This document shows positions 1 to 13,819 of a DNA stretch of 64,000 nucleotides, piece by piece. Both the position numbers and the translations under genes were made by a program. Positions within the stretch are counted from its first letter, which is position 1. The number at the start of each line of letters is the position of its first letter. Below the pieces are notes generated by a model. That model was given only the letters and a program-made list of their open reading frames with translations. It was not told the origin of the DNA and did no database searches. The stretch covers positions 301,072,001 to 301,136,000 of the forward strand of contig OZ024740.1 in NCBI GenBank assembly GCA_964016885.1, read 5' to 3'. This DNA is from Eledone cirrhosa. Lineage: Eukaryota.

Positions 1-42
<42 letters not shown>

Positions 43-1340
43 GAAAAAGCCCGAGACATGAAATCTGCATAATTCCATTTCGACAGCTGATGGCCAGGTG
101 CGGGACCAGGAATAAAACAGGCATATGCTGGACATTCGAACAAGAGAGAAAAAAGATCGCATGCCATTTCCAGATTGCTGATAAAATACAAGCAGAAACA
201 TACTACAGATTGGTTACCATAAAAATATTATTATCCAATATGCGTAAACCATTGTGTAACTAAACGTGAAGTAACGAGGGTATATTGAAAGATAAAGGAA
301 CACTTCTCACTCACTGGAAACCAATCATGTGGATATAATTTTACCAGCCTTGTATTATGCTTATGTAAAACGTTTTGAAATGTTATAGATTTTTTAAGGA
401 GCTATGTTTAAATTCATAACGTGATATTTTGTCATCCTATGCATATTAATATCTGTACATTTATGTGTGGGTGGGGCGCGTCTCAGTATGATTGGATGTG
501 AATCTGTGTCTCTTCAAAGCTATATGTGTATGAGGGCTTTTATAAATGCGTACACGGTTATGTATAATATACATCACTTATATTTTATCTGCATATCTTA
601 ATCCATTCTCATCTAATTTTTAAATCATTATTTTCGATATGTAATTTATATAATAATTTGAAGATATGTCGGGGTGTGATATGGGTTTGCCTGTAGGAGA
701 ATGAAATATTTTCTATAATGTTATATACCTTTCATATAAATTTGTCACAATATTAATCGGATGGGCATGGTTGTAAAAGCCATTACGTTTTTTTTTCCTA
801 AATCAATCAACCATTACATTTCATTCCCAATTCATTGTTACTCATCGTTCACACTCACATTTAGATTATCACCGTTTTACCGTTTCATTTTGTATCTCCC
901 TATCAAAATATTAGATTAAGCCGACATTTCACCAATTATATGATCATATATTAACTATATTCTTGTATATATGAGCTTTGTTGATAATTGTGCATATATC
1001 CTTATATTATATATACCCACTTCTTATTTTATTGATTATTATGTCCCCTAAATATAAAGACAAAATATTATAAAACTAAACCTAAGTGTTCTCTACATCA
1101 TTTTCACCGTTCTTTCAGGATCCTCATGAAAATTGCTAGCGCGAAACTCGAATTAACACCTAGTAAAATATTTGATGCAAATGCAATAATTAATATATCA
1201 CGTATTGAACATTTTTTATCTCGTCTCAAAGATTATTCGTGCAATAACAATGTGGGAAGTGGGGGTTTAATGGCCAACATTTATACAAATTGCTCTCAAT
1301 GAGATTCAAAAACAATAGCGACGACCATGTTTCTCTGAAC

Positions 1341-1442
<102 letters not shown>

Positions 1443-1494
1443 AGATAGAGTGAGAGAGAAGTGGATGTGAGGATAATCTAATCCTTTGCTGGTG

Positions 1495-1585
1495 ATTTAT
1501 TTGTTGACCTTGAATGTTGGGTTCGGTGGGATTCGAATTCCCAACGAAGAGAGCTGGAGTGAATAACGTAAAATGTTCTATCCAA
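1495..1585 (-). mobile_element. Degenerate tRNA-derived SINE fragment
   Basis: Reverse complement reads ...gaattcgaatcccaccgaa...ggtcaacaaataaa, similar to the B-box region and body of the SINE at 54444-54628. Confidence 0.45.
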
Positions 1586-1618
1586 TCCCTGCAAATTCAA
1601 CTCGTACCTATAAACCTT

Positions 1619-2005
1619 CTCCTCTCGTGTCTCGAATAATCGTCCCTACCCCGCTTGTTCATTTTTCAGTTTTTTTCCACTACCCCACTCTTACACCCCT
1701 GGGTTATTAAATTTTGCGAATCTACCTCCGTCGAAATTTAATTTTAAGTGGTAGCATTCCTACAACAATTAATTTTCTGTATAAATAAAAAAAAAAAAAT
1801 TCATATGACCAAAAAATATATTTCTGGAAATCCCATACGTTATAAAACAAATAGGATGAGTCTCAATATGTAAACGAATTGTGTTGTTTTTTAAATATGA
1901 TAAAATGAAAATAGAAAAGTTCCCGATTTCCCAACCACCCTATTTAATTTAACAACCCCGCTTACCCAAACACACACACTATTATGTGTGACCCTAGATT
2001 AGTAT
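1619..2005. mobile_element. Possible degenerate MITE / non-autonomous DNA transposon
   Basis: Imperfect terminal inverted similarity: ctctcgtgtctcgaataatcg (left) vs reverse complement of the right end, atctagggtcacacataatag. No ORF. Confidence 0.3.
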
Positions 2006-3388
2006 TAGTGCTATGAGTGACATTCAAATAACGAACTCAAGAGTTAAAATCATCGAAAATATATATCAATATATAAATACAATTCTGATTGGAAATCTGC
2101 TGTCATTTTTAATTTCAAAATCTTACGAAAATTACATTGGACCTGATTAAATTAAAATATATATAGTAATGAAATACAGCTCTAACATTTTGAACAAATC
2201 ATATAGAGAGTTAGTTGAAACGAATGACATACATTTGATGAGATTTTATTTCAGTCTGCTTCAATTCCAACCTAATTAATTTGAAATATATATGTATTTG
2301 AGTGCGTGTGTATGTTGCGTGTGTGTATGTGTGTGTGCGTGTGTATGTGTGTGTGTGTTTATGTACAGACGATGAAACAGTGGAAAAATGAAGAACATTT
2401 TCAAACAGAATGTGAGTGGTTGATGGAACACGAATATAGACTTATAAATAAATATGAAATAAATGTAACGTTGACATTTAGAGAAGAAATGTAATTGGGA
2501 AATAGATCAAAAGTGATTTTATTTTCTAGAAATAATTTTTCGAATGGACTATAATTGGAAATAGAAAAATACTATGCATATATGAAGGGTGAAGTGCAAC
2601 ATGCATCATAAAAGCCCTGCTCCATAAATAAGATACTATTATCAGCTTGGATACATGTTAAATATAAGGATATGTCTGATAGACACATGTCTCAGACGAA
2701 ACGTGTCAACATTAGTAGGAAATAGCTTTCAAATTCAGTTAAATTCGTAGGTTTATCGTATATAAAATACGTGTAGGATTCCATCTTAAATCTGTCTACT
2801 CATCCAAGACTATCATGTCATTAATGTATTATAAAAAGAATGTTCTGTAAGTAAATTAAGCCTGAAGTATTCTAATGTAGTTATCTTACAAAAATGTGTT
2901 CAGGATTAAGGTTGGTCATAAAAAAAATGAAAAAAAAAAAATTAAAACAAAGAAGATTCAATTATCATTTCAATACAAAAATGTATCATCCAGAGAGGTG
3001 GCAGCATCTCACATACATATATGTCCGAAAATTACAGGTTTATAGTGGCACCAGGTAACAGACACGTCAGCTGGAATCTTTAGCTGGCCCGTTTTCTACG
3101 ATTGGGTTCCGTTCCAATCGGATACCACTACATAGAATGTAACGAATATCATTAAGGTAGTAGCAACAATACGGCAAGGAAAGGGTAGCGTGCCGGGAGA
3201 CGTATTTAGAGGGAAGGGACATTCGGAGAGATGGTAAATATTATATCAAAGATAGTTTACACGACGTGTTAATTTGACAAGTTCATGATTTATAACAAAC
3301 TCAATATTTAGCCATAATTAAATGAATATTAAAACTCCGTTTCGGTATTGAGTAGACTTTTCTCTCAGCCGACACCCACATACGAACA

Positions 3389-3420
<32 letters not shown>

Positions 3421-3870
3421 GAAAGTGAGGATTTTTTACAAAATGAAAAATAACCGGTTTCAGCATTTCTTCTGCTTTTCAAAAGTAGAGTTGCGATGGA
3501 GGGTCTGTGGGTTTTCTCACATCTAGTTGGTCTTTGCATGTTACTTGTTTTATATGGAAAAAAGTGGCTCGAAACGCCAGGTTTTTAGAGAAGTAATTTG
3601 ATCGGTTGGTCAATAAGTATAATAAATTTCGTGCCAGTTTGCGTTACAAAGTTCTTCAAACAAGACGGGGGGGGGGGGGGGGCCTCAGGTTGTTGTTTTT
3701 CATATATGAGTGTTTGAATTTCTTTTTACTTAAAAAAGGGGCTCACAAAGGCTTTTTTTATGTAATTTGATTGGTTATAAATGAAATTATAAGTGTCACG
3801 TGAACAAGTTCCGCGCCCGTATTTGGGAATTTATTTTGTAAACTTTTAGAGAATTTTATGACAAGCAAAA

Positions 3871-3964
3871 GAATGGTCAAGTGAATGGTCAAGAGAATGG
3901 TCAAGAGAATGGTCAAGAGAATGGTCAAGAGAATGGTCAAGAGAATGGTCAAGAGAATGGTCAA
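3871..3964 (+). repeat. 12-bp tandem repeat (GAATGGTCAAGA) x ~8
   Basis: Read directly; produces the MVKR/TILL repeat ORFs. Confidence 0.95.
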
Positions 3965-4330
3965 TTGTGGAACCGGTACTCACCTCATTGAAGGCAACCC
4001 ATATACATTTAAATCCGGACAAAATGTTGCTTTAAACAATCACTTCACTTGCTCATCAAAAAATCTACTTTATGCCATTAAATGTAAAGGATGCAATGAA
4101 GTTTATATAGGACAAACTAAACTCAAACTCAGAAATAGAATGACAATTCATCGCCAACAATTAGGAGATCCAACCATGAGACACATCTAGACATTTGCGC
4201 AAGTAATAAGACACACAAATTCCAAGTATTCCCATTTTACCTTTGCGTTGACAATACAACAGAACAAATACGAATAAATAAGGAAAATATGTTTATTCAA
4301 AAATATAGACCAACATTAAATATGGTTTAA
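3965..4330 (+). pseudogene. PLE GIY-YIG endonuclease fragment (Neptune-like)
   Basis: FTCSSKNLLYAIKCKGCNEVYIGQT...RMTIHRQQ, then after a frameshift ...RINKENMFIQKYRPTLN. GIY-YIG with CxxC between the motifs. Confidence 0.85.
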
Positions 4331-5449
4331 TATACATTATGTCAACACCATAACTAGCTAACCATCCAAACAGACACATACACACACACATAACACCTTC
4401 TACTTTAGAAAATAAAAACCCGAACTAAACAAACCTTAAAACACATTTGCGATGACAATACAACAAAACAAATACGAATAAGTAAGGAAAATATGTTCAT
4501 TCAAAAATATTCCTACTCACGGAATCATTTTCCTACACACACACACACAAAATATATATTCTCTTCATCTTAACATGCTAACCATACTCCCACACACACA
4601 TAACACCCATACACACATAACACCCAAAACACACACACAACTCCCTCCCCCATTTCTACTAATAGAATCACTTTCCTACACACACACACACACACACAAA
4701 ATATATATATTCTCTCCATCTTAACATACTGCCACACACACACACATAACACCCATATACACACACACACAACTCCCTCCCCCATTTCAACCAATAGAAT
4801 CATCTTCCTATATACACACACACATACACACAAATAAATATACATATGTCTACTTTCTTTATTTATTTCAATAGTAAATCTGAACTCTGACACCCCAGCG
4901 AAATAGCCATATTCACTGAACCAGAACAATTCTCCCACCCCATTTCTCTTGACCATTATTTTGCTTGTCATAAAATTCTTTAAAAGGCTACAAAATAAAT
5001 TCCCAAATACGGGCGCGGAACTTGTTCACGTGACGGTCATAATTTCATTTATAACCAATCAAATTGCATTTAAAAAAAAGTCTTTGGGAGCCAATTATTT
5101 ATTGTCATAAAATTCTCTAAAAGCTACAAAATAAATTCCAAAATACGGGCGCGAAATTTAATGAACTTGTTCACGTGACAGCCATCATTTCATTTATAAC
5201 CAATCAAATTACATTTTTTTTAAAAAGCCTTCGTAAGGCCCGTTTTTTAAGTAAAAAGAAATTCAAACACTCATACATGAAAAATCAACCTGAGACCCTC
5301 AATCTCAAATCTACTTTTGAAAAGCAGAAAAACTGCGAAACCAGTAAAGGAACCAAATAAATATATATATTTTTTTAAAAATAAGACTCCAGTTGCATTT
5401 TCGATTTCATCTTTTTTTCTTTATATATATATAAATATATATATTTATA

Positions 5450-6235
5450 TATAAATACAATATCGGAGAAAGCATTTTAGCGATACTCAGGCCAAATTCC
5501 AACTCACTCAACAAACATTAGGAAATAAGTGATTATATTCCCAATTATGTGTTCGGGGTGCTAACTAAAAGTATTGCATGGAAAATTGGCTGTATTATTT
5601 CATATGAGACATATCGGACGTCTTGTTTCATTATAGTATTACTACAATTTGGGTTAAATTATACCAATATATGTAGGAGCTTGTATACCATCAATAGATA
5701 TATATTCAAGTGGGCTCCTATAATTCATCAGTGGGTGCCCCAATAATACTAATATTGATAATCTAACCAACATCAGTATTTAGCGATAATCATCCTCTGT
5801 GCCTGAAGTATCTGTCAGGTTGCCAGTCCAGCAGTTCTAAAGAAATGATCAAACTGATTCAAAAATGAGGAAGTAAATTACCGCAAAAAAAACAATACAT
5901 GCGCATGACAATGAACTCTAAAAGGAGTTCAGGCCACGTGCTAAGAACTCAATTGGAAATTGAAAAAATATCTGTGTGTACAACATTTGATGACACACAC
6001 AGATATTTTCTCGGGCAAAATAACAGAATGAGATATAAGGAACAATCAATATTCATATATAAAAAATAAACAAAGAAATCCTAACCTTAAACCGGGAAAA
6101 TTTCAAGTCTGCTGCGCCAAGAGTAAATAAATAAATACAATATCGGAGAAAGCTTTTTAGCGATACTCAGACCAAATTCCAACTCACTCACCAAACATTA
6201 GGAAAAAAGTGATTATATTCCCAATTATGCGTTCG
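5450..6235. mobile_element. Degenerate element bounded by ~100-bp direct repeats (probable PLE pseudo-LTR tandem)
   Basis: 5450-5555 is nearly identical to 6130-6235 (ataaatacaatatcggagaaagc...cccaattatg). Flanked by (TA)n. Confidence 0.5.
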
Positions 6236-6239
6236 TATA

Positions 6240-8384
<2,145 letters not shown>

Positions 8385-8423
8385 TTTAAATTTTCAACAA
8401 AATAGATATTCTCGTGATCAATT

Positions 8424-8487
8424 ATATTTTATTATACATATTTCAGAGTTACTGAGTTCAACAGTACGTCCTCATCAGATAAAATGA
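8424..8487 (-). ncRNA. Hammerhead-like motif (degenerate)
   Basis: rc: attttat CTGATGA [imperfect stem II with tactg/cagta] GAAA tatgta TA ataaaaat. Confidence 0.45.
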
Positions 8488-8635
8488 AATGATACATGAT
8501 AAAGGTATACAACTGTTATACCTTTATCTATTTATTTATTTACTTATAATTTGTCGTATTCCCAACTATGTGTTTACCCCTTCCACATTTTTATTTTTAT
8601 ATGTATATATATAATATTTATGTATTTTCTTATAC

Positions 8636-8771
<136 letters not shown>

Positions 8772-8898
8772 AAAGTTATATTTAAAATTGTTGGGTTACA
8801 ACTAGTAAATATTTATAACTGATATAAAAGCACTCGACAAATATTTGGAGTATATTTACAATATTAAATAAATGGAAACTATATTTATAAAACCATAT

Positions 8899-8965
8899 TT
8901 AATTCATTATATATATTTCGGGGATATCATATTAACAATATGCTATGCCTTCCTCAGACAAAATA
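8899..8965 (-). ncRNA. Hammerhead motif in PLE pseudo-LTR
   Basis: Inverted copy of the motif at 11796-11861. Confidence 0.6.
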
Positions 8966-10327
8966 CAATATAAACAGTTTTATAGATAAATAGATTCGAC
9001 ATACCGTAACAACACCGACTTGCATTTGAAGAGGTTGAATTGGCAGTGAAAAAATTTTACACATAGAGAAAGAAAGAGAGAAAAAAAAAGAAAGAAAGAC
9101 AGAAAACGAAGAAAAGGAAGAAAAAGAAGAAATGCATGGAACAAAATAGAGAGATGGAAAGATAGATAAAGAGAAGAACTTCATGTAAAGAAACAGAAAG
9201 ATATATATATATATAGAGAGAGAGGAAATAGAGATAGATACATATATATATATAGAAAATTAGGTAGTGGGAGGTCAGTTGAGTAAATGTATCAATGATA
9301 CATTTATTTATTTATTTATTTAGCTATAGTATTAATGTAAGGGAGATATATATAGAGAGAAAAAATATAGAGAGAGAAAAAAATAGCGAGAGAAAAAATT
9401 TAAAAATAGCCAGATATATTCGAGGCGTAAGAACCCTATGTTTTAATGTATTAGTATTTATAAAACTTCCACTATATTGTAAATATCAGTATTCCTGAAT
9501 GAGACAAGTATCCATAGTGTGTGAAAATTAATTATCTTATGTTTAGTTTTTTTAAAAAATTCTTATGTTTATGTGATAGCTACAAACATCCATGTGAATC
9601 CACATGATCAACTCTGCAAACTCTATGGTCACGGAAAACATTCTCAATGTGGTATAACATATATGTGTATTATTATTCCTGTCTTTACTCTACAAGATTA
9701 TCTATCAAGCAGAAATAGAGAGCAGATTTCAATATACTAATAAAAATATATATCAGAAACAAAACTAAAAAAATAAAAAAATAACAATAATAATAATAAG
9801 TAATAATAAAATAGAAAACTAAAAAAATAGAAAACTAAAAAAATATTACGAAAGAATATTACATATTAAAAATATTACATATTAAAAAATTTACATATTA
9901 AAGATATTAAAAATAAAAATAAAAAATATTAGAAAATACTACAATAATAAAAAATATAAAAATAAACCACAAAGATCAACCCTTCAAAATTAATTGACAA
10001 TATATTGCCAAGTTCATTATAAGCATCAGAGTCGAAAAACAGACAAAGCCAACAAATTATCTATCAAATCACATCTAGCAAAGTTCATTTCAAAAAGTTT
10101 ATGATGCCCAATTTGGTCTACATGTGTTCTTATATTTAATATAGAAGTTTATCTAGTGTAAGGTTTATTCAAAATATTTGGAGCATCAGCTTTTAGGGTA
10201 GCTTAATTTTTCATGAGGAATGTTTAAATAAAAATAAAATTAAAATAAAAAATAAAAAAGAATAAAAAGAAGGAATCAAAGATTTATCGGCTAGTTTCCC
10301 ATATAAATATAAATCAAACTAAATATA

Positions 10328-10957
10328 CTACATTTTAAATTTAAATTTATATTTAAACGTTGAGTTTAATCTATGTTTGCAACAACTGAATAAATTTGTC
10401 CGTAGATTAAGGGAATTTTTAGATTTTAGTATAAAGAATATCTCCTCTGCGTAGAGGTCACATGTCTCAGAGGATGAATTAAAAGGAATCCCTCTTGAGA
10501 CTATATTCCAAGCCGTCGAATATCTAACGTTATCTAGCTTAAGTTGCCAGAGTACGCCTGATAGTGCCGTTGAAGATTTTTTGCTTGGATCTGTGAAAGA
10601 ATTCTTGTGGTCATTATAGCGAAGTTTAAATTCCGTCGATGTGGAACCGACGTAGTTAAAAGAATTAGAGTCAGTATTAACATTACAATTGTATACTATA
10701 TTTTTAACTAAGCAGTTGTTATTTAACGGACATTTAGATCTATCTCTACAGTTACATTTGTTAACTTGTATATTATTTATGCTATTATCACTAGGTTTTA
10801 AGTTCCTATTATTTATTCTATTAATATTTTGTGCTACATTTTTGGTGGATGAGTAGGTTAATTTAATTGTATGCCTTTTGAAAATTGAGTGATACCTATG
10901 TGTTCTAGGGAAGCGATTATCAAGAGCTTTGAAAAATAGTTTAGCGATGTGGGTTTT
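10328..10957 (-). pseudogene. PLE GIY-YIG endonuclease (Naiad-like, Cys-rich linker)
   Basis: KCNCRDRSKCPLNNNCLVKNIVY...YVGSTSTEFKLRYNDHKNSF...CDLYAEE...CKHR. Confidence 0.85.
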
Positions 10958-11795
10958 ATACGGCAACAACCTTAACAACTATAATAGAAAGCATTACAAT
11001 AATTCCAAAGGCCAAAAAAGAAATAGAACTAGGAACATAATTTGGTTTGCCCCCCCCCCCTTTCTCACTAAACATTAAAACCCACATCGCTAAACTATTT
11101 TTCAAAGCTCTTGATAATCGCTTCCCTAGAACCTAGAGTTTGCAGAGTTGATCATGTGGATTCACATGGATGTTTGTAGCTATCACATAAACATATGAAT
11201 TTTTTTAAAAAACTAAACATAAGATAATTAATTTTCACACACTATGGATACTTGTCTCATTCAGGAATACTGATATTTACAATATAGTGGAAGTTTTATA
11301 AATACTAATACATTAAAACATAGGGTTTTTACGCCTCGAATATATCTGGCTATTTTTAAATTTTTTCTCTCGCTATTTTTTTTCTCTCTCTATATTTTTT
11401 CTCTCTATATATATCTCCCTTACATTAATACTAGAGCTAAATAAATAAATAAATAAATAAATGTATCATTGATACATTTACTCAACTGACCTCCCACTAC
11501 CTAATTTTCTATATATATATGTATCTATCTCTATTTCCTCTCTCTCTATATATATATATCTCTTTCTGTTTCTTTACATAAAGTTCTTCTCTTTATCTAT
11601 CTTTCCATCTCTCTATTTTGTTCCATGCATTTCTTCTTTTTCTTCCTTTTCTTCGTTTTCTGTCTTTCTTTCTTTTTTTTCTCTCTTTCTTTCTCTCTGT
11701 GTAAAATTTTTTCACTGCCAATTCAACCTCTTCAAATGCAAGTCGGTGTTGTTACGGTATGTCGAATCTATTTATCTATAAAACTGTTTATATTG

Positions 11796-11861
11796 TATTT
11801 TGTCTGAGGAAGGCATAGCATATTGTTAATATGATATCCCCGAAATATATATAATGAAATA
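11796..11861 (+). ncRNA. Type I hammerhead motif in PLE pseudo-LTR
   Basis: tattttgt CTGAGGA [imperfect stem II] GAAA tatata TA atgaaata. Stem I pairs over 8 nt with two G-U pairs; stem III is the palindrome ATATATAT. Confidence 0.65.
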
Positions 11862-11898
11862 AATATGGTTTTATAAATATAGTTTCCATTTATTTAAT

Positions 11899-11965
<67 letters not shown>

Positions 11966-12130
11966 GTGTGTGTATGTGTGTGTGTATGTATATATTTATA
12001 TGTATGTATGTGTATGTGTAAATGTGTGTATTGCTTACCACGTGTGTTTGTTTATTTATTTGTGTCCTTTCCTGTATCGCTGTCAACTTTATAATTTTTA
12101 TTTTCTTAAGTCGTATATATTTTTATTTTC

Positions 12131-12394
12131 ATTTTTATTTTTATTTTTATTTTTATTTTTATTTTTATTTTTATTTTTATTTTTATTTTTATTTTTATTT
12201 TTATTTTTATTTTTATTTTTATTTTTATTTTTATTTTTATTTTTATTTTTATTTTTATTTTTATTTTTATTTTTATTTTTATTTTTATTTTTATTTTTAT
12301 TTTTATTTTTATTTTTATTTTTATTTTTATTTTTATTTTTATTTTTATTTTTATTTTTATTTTTATTTTTATTTTTATTTTTATTTTTATTTTT
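12131..12394. repeat. (TTTTTA)n hexanucleotide microsatellite
   Basis: Read directly. Confidence 0.95.
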
Positions 12395-12526
12395 ATGTGA
12401 CGGCCTATCGCATTATCTGGTTCATTGTTTTTTATTTTTTCTTATAATTAATTGTGTGTGCGTATGCATGCGTGTATATATGTGTGTATTTATATGTGTG
12501 TGTATGTACGTGGGTATATGTGTATG

Positions 12527-12568
<42 letters not shown>

Positions 12569-12863
12569 TGTGTGTATGTGTGTGTGTGTGTGTGTGTGCG
12601 TGTGTGCGTGTTTGTGTATTTACGTGTATGTGTATGTATGGATATATATATATATATGTATGTGTATATATGTGTGTGTATGTATATATATATATATGTT
12701 TGTGTGTGTGTATATGTATATGTGTGTATGCGTGTGTGTGTGCATGTGTGTTTATCTACTTTTATATTTATTCTTTCTCCTTTCCATCTTCCTTTTCTAG
12801 CCTCACTTTCATATAGATTATATTTTTGTTTTTAAAATTCCCTGTCAATAAATACACCAGGAA

Positions 12864-12926
12864 TTTTCATTCTGATGACTGAAAGCAAATTGTTTTTGCT
12901 TTCAAGAAACCACTGGTAAATGAAAT
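12864..12926 (+). ncRNA. Type I hammerhead ribozyme motif (intact core)
   Basis: tttcatt CTGATGA c-tgaaagcaaa..tttgctttca-a GAAA ccactgg TA aatgaaa: 7-bp stem I, 10-bp stem II, GUA cleavage triplet. Confidence 0.75.
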
Positions 12927-13819
12927 AATTATCTTATGTTGTTTATTACATAACTAATAAGCTCTGTAACCTACATAGAGCACTCTTTTTTCATGGACCG
13001 TACCGATGGAATTACTTCATTTATCAATTTCATATTCAAAAAAGAAAATGGTTATAAATGGAAGAAAACCCCCTCTTTCTACACTATATAACAGCCAAAT
13101 AACAGTAATTTCACCAACACCACAAACTAGATACACCACCTATCCTATCACCCCTCTCTGTACACTAAATACATCAGCCAGATAACGGCAATTTCACCAC
13201 CACCACCACCACCACCACCACCACCACCAATCCCAGCATAATAATAATAATTAATTACTATTATTGTATCTCAAGTATTCTCAAAATGTTTAATTCAAAT
13301 ATTAAGGAAATATGTCAGCACATATATTAACAATACGCGACAACCCGAATAGATACACAGATCAAACAAACTCATCCCACTACAGTATATTCAACAAAAC
13401 TCAGTAACGAAAACGCCATCACTATATTCACCGCCGCCACCACTCCGTCATTGCTACCACTATCCCATCACCGCCGCCACTACTCCTTCATTGCTACCAC
13501 CACTATTCCCCCTCTACCTTCTGTTAACTTAAGAAAGAGGAAGGTGGCGGTATCACTAGAATAGGGAGAGGCTAGCAAAAAGTATAAATAGACTGACTTA
13601 GTGACCCCTTCAAACGTCAACGGCTGTGTTTCTGCTGGCTCCCCCTTCCCCACCAACAATAGAAAAAGCCCCAGCACCATCATCGACATAGCCAGCAACT
13701 ATAACAGGCAACTTCAACAAAAAGGATATTATATTAGTAATAATAATTTCATTCTTAAGCCTCGCAATGCAAGGAACCATTCATGATAATAACAATTTAA
13801 AAAACAACAAAAAACAAAA

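Larger units (their letters stand above)
3430..5360 (+). mobile_element. Penelope-like element 3' fragment with inverted pseudo-LTR (fold-back)
   Basis: ~3680-3885 is the reverse complement of parts of ~4945-5300, and ~3440-3490 mirrors ~5300-5350. The arms enclose a GIY-YIG fragment. Confidence 0.75.
11960..12955 (+). mobile_element. Second copy of the microsatellite-rich PLE derivative (related to ~7570-8350)
   Basis: Shared blocks tattgcttaccacg...tgtatcgctgtcaact and cctcactttcatatagat...aagaaaccactggt...gtttattacataac. Confidence 0.65.
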
